Under the pieces are notes generated by a model, which saw nothing but the letters and a program-made list of their open reading frames with translations, was not told the DNA's origin and did no database searches. The translations under genes and the position numbers were made by a program. Positions 37,551-42,744 of a stretch of DNA of 42,744 nucleotides are shown here, in pieces; position 1 is the first letter of the stretch, and every line of letters begins with the position of its first letter. The stretch comes from Candidatus Woesearchaeota archaeon (lineage in GTDB: Archaea; Nanobdellota; Nanobdellia; Woesearchaeales; SKGA01), in assembly GCA_007117735.1 (NCBI GenBank), contig SKGA01000002.1:1-42744 (forward strand), in the 5' to 3' direction.

Positions 37551-39293
37551 ATGGAGTATCGTGTTGTTGCAGAACTATTTGATGATCTTTCAAAAACTTC
37601 TTCTCGTTTAAAAAAAACGACTATTTTGGCTTCATTTCTTAAAAAAACCGATTTTAAGAACTTTCAAGAAATAATTCTCTTAGCTCAAGGCAGAGTATTT
37701 CCTGAGTGGAATGAGACTTCCTTAGGAGTAGCGGGAAAGCTTGTTTTACACGCTCTTGAGCTTGCTTCAGGACATTCTTCTCGTTCTATTGAAGTACTCT
37801 TTAAGGAGAAGGGAGATATTGGAGATACTGTTTATGAGCTTATTGCTCAGAAAAAACAACAAACGCTCTTTTCTCAACCACTTGCTTTACTTGACGTCTT
37901 CTCTTCACTACAACATATCGCATCCTTACAAGGTTCAGGCTCTCAAGATGCAAAATTAGCTACTCTAAACAAATTATTAACTTCAGCCACGCCTCTTGAA
38001 GCAAAATTTATTGTTCGAACCGTTATTGAAGATCTTCGAGTGGGAGTTGCGAGAGGAATCATCCGAGACGCTCTTTATTATGCGTATTTTACTGATTCTT
38101 TTTCGTATGATGAAACTACTCATTCTTTTAATTGGGAATCTTCTTATGATCGAGAAGAGACGTTGAAATTATTACAACGAGCTTATGACTTCACGGCAGA
38201 TTTTGGTTATATTCTCTCTTATGTTCGTGAAGGTAATGATTTAGCATCTCTTTCTTTACAACTAGGTAAACCTTGTAAGCCGATGCTTGCTCGAAAAGAG
38301 AAAACATTTTCAGAAGCATTTGCAAGAACTGGCTTTCCTGTTCGTATTGAATACAAATATGATGGTTTTCGTTTACAAATTCATAAAAAGGGCTCTTCTG
38401 TTCAGTTATTTACTCGACGATTAGATGATGTTACTGCTCAATTTCCCGATGTTGTTGCTGCGGTTTTGGAGCACATTTCTGTTAACGAATGCATTCTTGA
38501 TGGGGAAGTGATCGGTTATGATCCTCAAACTCGCGCATATGTTCCTTTTCAACATATTTCTCGACGAATTAAGCGAAAGCATCATATCGATCAATTAGTC
38601 AAAGAATTACCTGTTGAGCTTACTCTTTTTGATGTTTTGTCTTTAGATGGGGCATTGTGTATTGATTTACCTTTATCTAAACGTCTTGAGCTTCTTTCTC
38701 AAACAATTCAATCAACTCCTCGAGTTCTTTCTTTAGTAAAAGGGGTTGAAGTGACCGAGGAGGCTGCTGCACAGGTATTATATCAAGAAAGTCTTGATGC
38801 AGGTAATGAAGGTGTTATGATTAAAGATCTAAACGCAACGTATCAGCCAGGTAATCGAGTGAGTGCATGGATTAAGATGAAACCAACGATGGAAGAGCTT
38901 GACTTGGTTATTGTTGGAGCAGAGTGGGGTTCTGGTAAGCGAAGTTCTTGGCTAACGAGTTTCACCCTTGCTTGTATCGATGAAGATGGTCAGTTTTTTG
39001 AAATTGGTAAAGTTGGAACGGGTTTGAAAGAGGAGTTGCATGAGGATCATCTTAGTTTTGCTCAGCTGACTTCTTTATTAGAACCTCTTATTATTTCGGA
39101 ACAAGGTAAGGAAGTTCGTGTTCGTCCTGAAGTTGTTGTTGAGATTGCTTATGAGGAAATTCAAAAGAGTACTACTTACTCTTCAGGGTTTGCTTTACGT
39201 TTCCCTCGCGTTCTTCGTCTTCGAACAAGTGAGCGATCTGCAGATGATGTTGCTTTACTTGATGAAGTAATTGACCTTTATCGTTCACAATAA
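37551..39293 (+). CDS. lig: ATP-dependent DNA ligase
   Basis: EYKYDGFR, ILDGE, LFD, EGVMIK, WIKMK, ALRFPR; start moved to MEYRVVAE. Confidence 0.96.
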   Translation: MEYRVVAELFDDLSKTSSRLKKTTILASFLKKTDFKNFQEIILLAQGRVFPEWNETSLGVAGKLVLHALELASGHSSRSIEVLFKEKGDIGDTVYELIAQKKQQTLFSQPLALLDVFSSLQHIASLQGSGSQDAKLATLNKLLTSATPLEAKFIVRTVIEDLRVGVARGIIRDALYYAYFTDSFSYDETTHSFNWESSYDREETLKLLQRAYDFTADFGYILSYVREGNDLASLSLQLGKPCKPMLARKEKTFSEAFARTGFPVRIEYKYDGFRLQIHKKGSSVQLFTRRLDDVTAQFPDVVAAVLEHISVNECILDGEVIGYDPQTRAYVPFQHISRRIKRKHHIDQLVKELPVELTLFDVLSLDGALCIDLPLSKRLELLSQTIQSTPRVLSLVKGVEVTEEAAAQVLYQESLDAGNEGVMIKDLNATYQPGNRVSAWIKMKPTMEELDLVIVGAEWGSGKRSSWLTSFTLACIDEDGQFFEIGKVGTGLKEELHEDHLSFAQLTSLLEPLIISEQGKEVRVRPEVVVEIAYEEIQKSTTYSSGFALRFPRVLRLRTSERSADDVALLDEVIDLYRSQ

Positions 39294-39380
39294 TTATTCT
39301 ACTATGTATTTTTGATCGTTCTTAAACTTGTTTTTTATCTTTTGATTAGTTAGTTTGTACTTGTTATTTATTCTTTATTT

Positions 39381-39453
39381 TTTATGAATTTCATAAATTA
39401 AACAACGTTTCATAATTGAAACAATATTTATATTTTGGAACGATGTTTCAAAA
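39381..39453. promoter_or_regulatory. Cluster of three palindromic operator-like sites
   Basis: TTTATGAA-T-TTCATAAA (39381-39397); GTTTCA-TAAT-TGAAAC (39407-39422); TTTTGGAAC-GAT-GTTTCAAAA (39433-39453); TATA box at about 39463. Confidence 0.55.
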
Positions 39454-39494
39454 AAGATAAATATTTATAAATAAAGACATTTTTCTTATCGTTG

Positions 39495-40034
39495 ATGGTG
39501 TCTGATCGAGAAGTTTTAGAGGCGTTGTTACCTACCTCTACTATCAAAATTCTTAAGTTATTTATAAACAATGAAGATCAACGATACTATTTACGAGAAA
39601 TTGCCAAACTTACTAAAGTTCCTCCTGCATCGACCTATCGAATTCTTCAAGACTTGGTTCGACTTGAGTTAATTAAAGTTGATTCTATTAAGAAGTTTAA
39701 GCTTTATTCTTCGAACCCTCAAACGGGTAAATTCCTTACAGATCTCTTACAAGATAGGAAATCGGCAGTTGCAGATTTCGTCCAGTCCGTAAAGGCGTTT
39801 GATGGTGTGGAAATGATTGTTTTACACGGGGAAGAGGTTAAAACAAAGGCAAATGTTCTTGTTATTGGAGAAAACATGGATTTAGACTCTATTAAACGAA
39901 ACGCACTTTATATTTCAGATAAATATAAATTTAACCTTGTTTTATTGACGCTTGTTCCTGATCAATACAATCAAATGGCTTCTATGGGATTATACCCTGG
40001 AAAAAAGAAAATTCTTTTCGAGTCCGTTAAATAA
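39495..40034 (+). CDS. Winged-helix regulator with degenerate nucleotidyltransferase-like domain
   Basis: KILKLF..YYLREIAKLTKVPPASTYRILQDL HTH; C-terminal VEMIVLHG..ANVLVIG. Confidence 0.8.
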   Translation: MVSDREVLEALLPTSTIKILKLFINNEDQRYYLREIAKLTKVPPASTYRILQDLVRLELIKVDSIKKFKLYSSNPQTGKFLTDLLQDRKSAVADFVQSVKAFDGVEMIVLHGEEVKTKANVLVIGENMDLDSIKRNALYISDKYKFNLVLLTLVPDQYNQMASMGLYPGKKKILFESVK

Positions 40035-40147
40035 TTATTTTAATATAGTATATTGGAAAACAATAATATTTATATATGGTTTAGATACTAAGTTCTGTTA
40101 TAGCTTGAAATGGGTGTTTTAAGTGGTGTGTGTGAGGCACATTATTC

Positions 40148-40224
40148 GCTTGGAGGGGTTCAGCTGAACCTTTTTCCAAGTATTTTATACAACCGTTCTC
40201 GCAAGTAGTAACCTTCGGGGGAGA
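40148..40224 (+). promoter_or_regulatory. Structured 5' leader of ftsZ
   Basis: Long hairpin 40148-40181 centred on GGTTC-AGCT-GAACC; CC-TTCG-GG at 40212-40219 overlapping the G-rich SD-like tract. Confidence 0.45.
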
Positions 40225-40233
40225 CAGACAAAA

Positions 40234-41307
40234 ATGGATTTTATTGTAGATGCGGCAAAACAAAACCCGGCAAACAATCAGTTTGCTGAGATGGAAGTAG
40301 GAAGAGCGAACATTAAAGTAGTTGGTGCAGGCGGCGCTGGTGGAAACGTAGTTAATTGGTTATATAAAAAAGGAATTGACGGTGCAGAAATTATTGCTTG
40401 TAACACAGACCTTCAACATATTAATATGATTGAAGCTGATCGAAAGTTTTTATTAGGAAAAGATTTAACTAAAGGTCTTGGTGCAGGCGGATTTCCAGAA
40501 GTAGGAAAACAATCCGCAGAAGAAGCTATTAATGAAATTAAAGATTCTCTAAAAGGTGCAGATATGGTCTTTGTCTGTGCAGGTATGGGTGGAGGAACTG
40601 GAACTGGTTCTGCTCCTGTTATTGCAAAAGTTGCAAAAGAACAAGGCGCTATCGTTATTGGAACAGTAACTATGCCTTTCAAAATTGAGCGAGCTCGAGT
40701 AGACAAAGCTGAATTTGGTCTTCAACAACTTCGACAAAACACAAACACTGTTATTGTAATTGACAACAACCGATTAGTACAAGTTGCAGGTAACTTACCA
40801 GTAAACCAAGCTTTCGCTGTTGCAAACGAATTAATCTCCACTATGATTAAAGGTATCGTAGAAACTATTGCAGTACCAAGTTTAGTAAACTTAGACTTTG
40901 CAGATGTAAAAGCTGTAATGACTGACGGAAACGTAGCTTGTATTGGTGTAGGAAGCTCAGATACTAACAATCGAGTAGAAGAAGCAGTAAAAGGTGCTTT
41001 ATCTAACCCTCTTCTTGATATCAGTTACGAAGGTGCAAGCGGTGCGATTATTCAAATCCACGGTGGACACGATATGACTCTTGATGAGATTAATCAAATC
41101 GGTGAGTTAGTAACTGAATCTATGGATACTTCCGCAAATGTTATTTGGGGAGCTCGAGTAAGTGAAGATATGAAAGGAAAAATAACTGTTATGACAATTA
41201 TGACTGGAGTTCAATCTCCTTGGGTTATTGGTCCAACTTCACAGAAGCAACAAGCAGCTTCTCGACAACAATTGTCAAGTGAATTAGGTATCGAAGTACT
41301 TCGATAA
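40234..41307 (+). CDS. ftsZ: Cell division protein FtsZ (FtsZ2-like)
   Basis: GAGGAGGN, GMGGGTGTG, NLDFAD; PF.IERAR, DNNRL and terminal LGIEVLR resemble archaeal FtsZ2. Confidence 0.96.
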   Translation: MDFIVDAAKQNPANNQFAEMEVGRANIKVVGAGGAGGNVVNWLYKKGIDGAEIIACNTDLQHINMIEADRKFLLGKDLTKGLGAGGFPEVGKQSAEEAINEIKDSLKGADMVFVCAGMGGGTGTGSAPVIAKVAKEQGAIVIGTVTMPFKIERARVDKAEFGLQQLRQNTNTVIVIDNNRLVQVAGNLPVNQAFAVANELISTMIKGIVETIAVPSLVNLDFADVKAVMTDGNVACIGVGSSDTNNRVEEAVKGALSNPLLDISYEGASGAIIQIHGGHDMTLDEINQIGELVTESMDTSANVIWGARVSEDMKGKITVMTIMTGVQSPWVIGPTSQKQQAASRQQLSSELGIEVLR

Positions 41308-41334
41308 GGTTTCTTTATGAAACCAACTTTTTTT
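41308..41334 (+). terminator. Hairpin plus T7 terminator of ftsZ
   Basis: GGTTTC-TTTAT-GAAACC followed by TTTTTTT. Confidence 0.6.
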
Positions 41335-41337
41335 CTT

Positions 41338-41391
41338 CGAGACAATCCTTCACTTTATACTTCTTCCCCCCAACCTAAAGTGAAGGTCTCG
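41338..41391. repeat. Inverted repeat with C-rich loop
   Basis: CCTTCACTTTA (41347-41357)/TAAAGTGAAGG (41376-41386), extended by CGAGA/TCTCG; 18-nt loop containing CCCCCC. Confidence 0.7.
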
Positions 41392-41450
41392 TCTCTTTTT
41401 CTTTATGATTTATATATAAGTACCTCTCAAATCTATAGAGGTGTGTTTTT

Positions 41451-42744
41451 ATGAGTGATTATTTTTCCCGATTAGATTCATATATGACTCCAGAACAGAA
41501 TAAATTTCTTTCAGGAAGCTCAGAATCTCAAAAACAAGAACCTCTCGTTTCTATAAAAAAATTAGGAGCAACCTTTGGGGAAACAACTCGAGGAAATATT
41601 CTTAACAGTCTTCGAGCAAGTATTCAACAAGGTTCAGGCCAATTACAACTCGCTCTCCAATCAAATCCGAATGATCCTTTAGGGGGTCTTTCAGGTGTGG
41701 GAAAAGATCAACGACAAGCAATTAAAGAACTTATCAAAACTTCAGGAATCGAATGGGAAGGTGTTGAGATGCCTACTAACTCTATTACGGGCGTAGGTGG
41801 TTTAAACCAACAAACTGGCGGGTTTGATGAGCGAAAACGACAATCTGACCTTCAACATGTGAAAAATGCAATTGATTTTACTGCAGAAATTGGAGCGGGA
41901 GGGATTGTTGATATTTGGAGTGCAGAGTTTCAACGAGATATTAGCGGTGCAAGTTTTCAACAAAAAGATGATGCACGTTTTACAGATTTTAAAGGATTTG
42001 ATGAAAATGTTCACTCGACAAAGTATTTAGTTGATGAGCGGACAGGACGAGTTATGCCTATTTCTACCGGTCAATTATCTCAGTCAGGATCAAAGATTAG
42101 TGTACCTGTTTGGAAGCGAAATGAAAAGGGACAATATGTTGACTCGACAGGAAAACCTTTAAACGCGAATTCTCAGGATCCTACCTTTATTATGGACCGA
42201 GTACCTGAATGGAATCCTGAAACCCAATCTTTTGAGTCAAAAACGATGAATTGGACGGAATTTAAAGATTATGCTAAAAAAAGAAACCAAGAAGAAGGTC
42301 TTAATTATTCGCCAGAAGAATGGTTTCAACGAATACAACTGGAAACACAATACGCTCAACAGCGAGGACAATCAATCTACCATACTCAAGAGTATGAATC
42401 GCAATTAGAAAGTTTAAATAAATATGTTCTTGAGAGAAAAGTCGCCGAGCGTTTAGAGGAAGGCAAAACAGAAGCAGAACTTATTAGTGAAGGATTACTT
42501 ATTAATGTTGATCGATCAGGAGGGTTAACTTCTCCAAAATATGTTCGAAAGAGTGAATACCTTGGTGAACAAATTAGAGGAATTCAACAACGTTTACGTT
42601 ATACTCACGAAGCTTCAGGGAATGCGGATGCACAAGCAAAAGCGATCTGGGAGTCAATGAATAGCCTTAAACCTGTGGAAGAGTATGCTAAAGAGAAAAT
42701 TTGGGATAGTTATGCTGATTTAGCTGTTTACGCGTATGAACAAA
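41451..42744 (+). CDS. Large xylose-isomerase/AP-endonuclease-2-like TIM-barrel protein with big insertion (3'-partial, not in ORF track)
   Basis: Manually checked open from ATG 41451 (GAGGTG SD) to the window end; GKDQRQAIKEL, GGFDE.KRQ..L.HVKNAIDF.AE, YLVDERTG. Confidence 0.6.
   Translation, partial: MSDYFSRLDSYMTPEQNKFLSGSSESQKQEPLVSIKKLGATFGETTRGNILNSLRASIQQGSGQLQLALQSNPNDPLGGLSGVGKDQRQAIKELIKTSGIEWEGVEMPTNSITGVGGLNQQTGGFDERKRQSDLQHVKNAIDFTAEIGAGGIVDIWSAEFQRDISGASFQQKDDARFTDFKGFDENVHSTKYLVDERTGRVMPISTGQLSQSGSKISVPVWKRNEKGQYVDSTGKPLNANSQDPTFIMDRVPEWNPETQSFESKTMNWTEFKDYAKKRNQEEGLNYSPEEWFQRIQLETQYAQQRGQSIYHTQEYESQLESLNKYVLERKVAERLEEGKTEAELISEGLLINVDRSGGLTSPKYVRKSEYLGEQIRGIQQRLRYTHEASGNADAQAKAIWESMNSLKPVEEYAKEKIWDSYADLAVYAYEQ

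Noticed and set aside
897-42014. Short nested or antisense track ORFs (e.g. 13932-14330, 25426-25713, 32203-32502, 40413-40706, 41802-42014)
   Set aside because: They are shadows of well-supported genes, with no SD/TATA support or recognisable motifs.
1-42744. CRISPR array, IS elements, inteins, tRNA introns, stop-codon recoding
   Set aside because: No repeat-spacer periodicity or transposase; RtcB and ligase are normal length; tRNAs are uninterrupted; conserved genes read through with the standard code.

Overview
AT-rich archaeal chromosome segment, most likely DPANN (Woesearchaeota-like); this is inferred from gene families, TATA boxes about 23 nt before leaderless first genes, and GGTGA/GAGGTG Shine-Dalgarno (SD) sites before internal genes. 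It is mostly housekeeping: 2 tRNAs, a glycogen operon, aIF5A/L40e, Nop5-fibrillarin, a split exosome/proteasome superoperon, Sm-L37e, the oap/arvABC GTPase operon, archease-RtcB, DNA ligase and FtsZ. No CRISPR, integrase or transposase was seen. Several genes are missing from the ORF track (rpl40e, rpoP, rpl37e, four microproteins, a 3'-truncated TIM-barrel gene). The best leads are: (1) an unannotated three-microprotein operon with its own promoter, SD sites and terminator between rtcB and lig; (2) an SF1 UvrD-type helicase lacking 2B but carrying RecQ RQC and HRDC domains; (3) several apparent pseudo-enzymes (RtcA-like, GH57, two wHTH-nucleotidyltransferase-fold regulators, TIM barrel); (4) a structured ftsZ leader. 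All family calls are by-eye motif recognition, not database searches.
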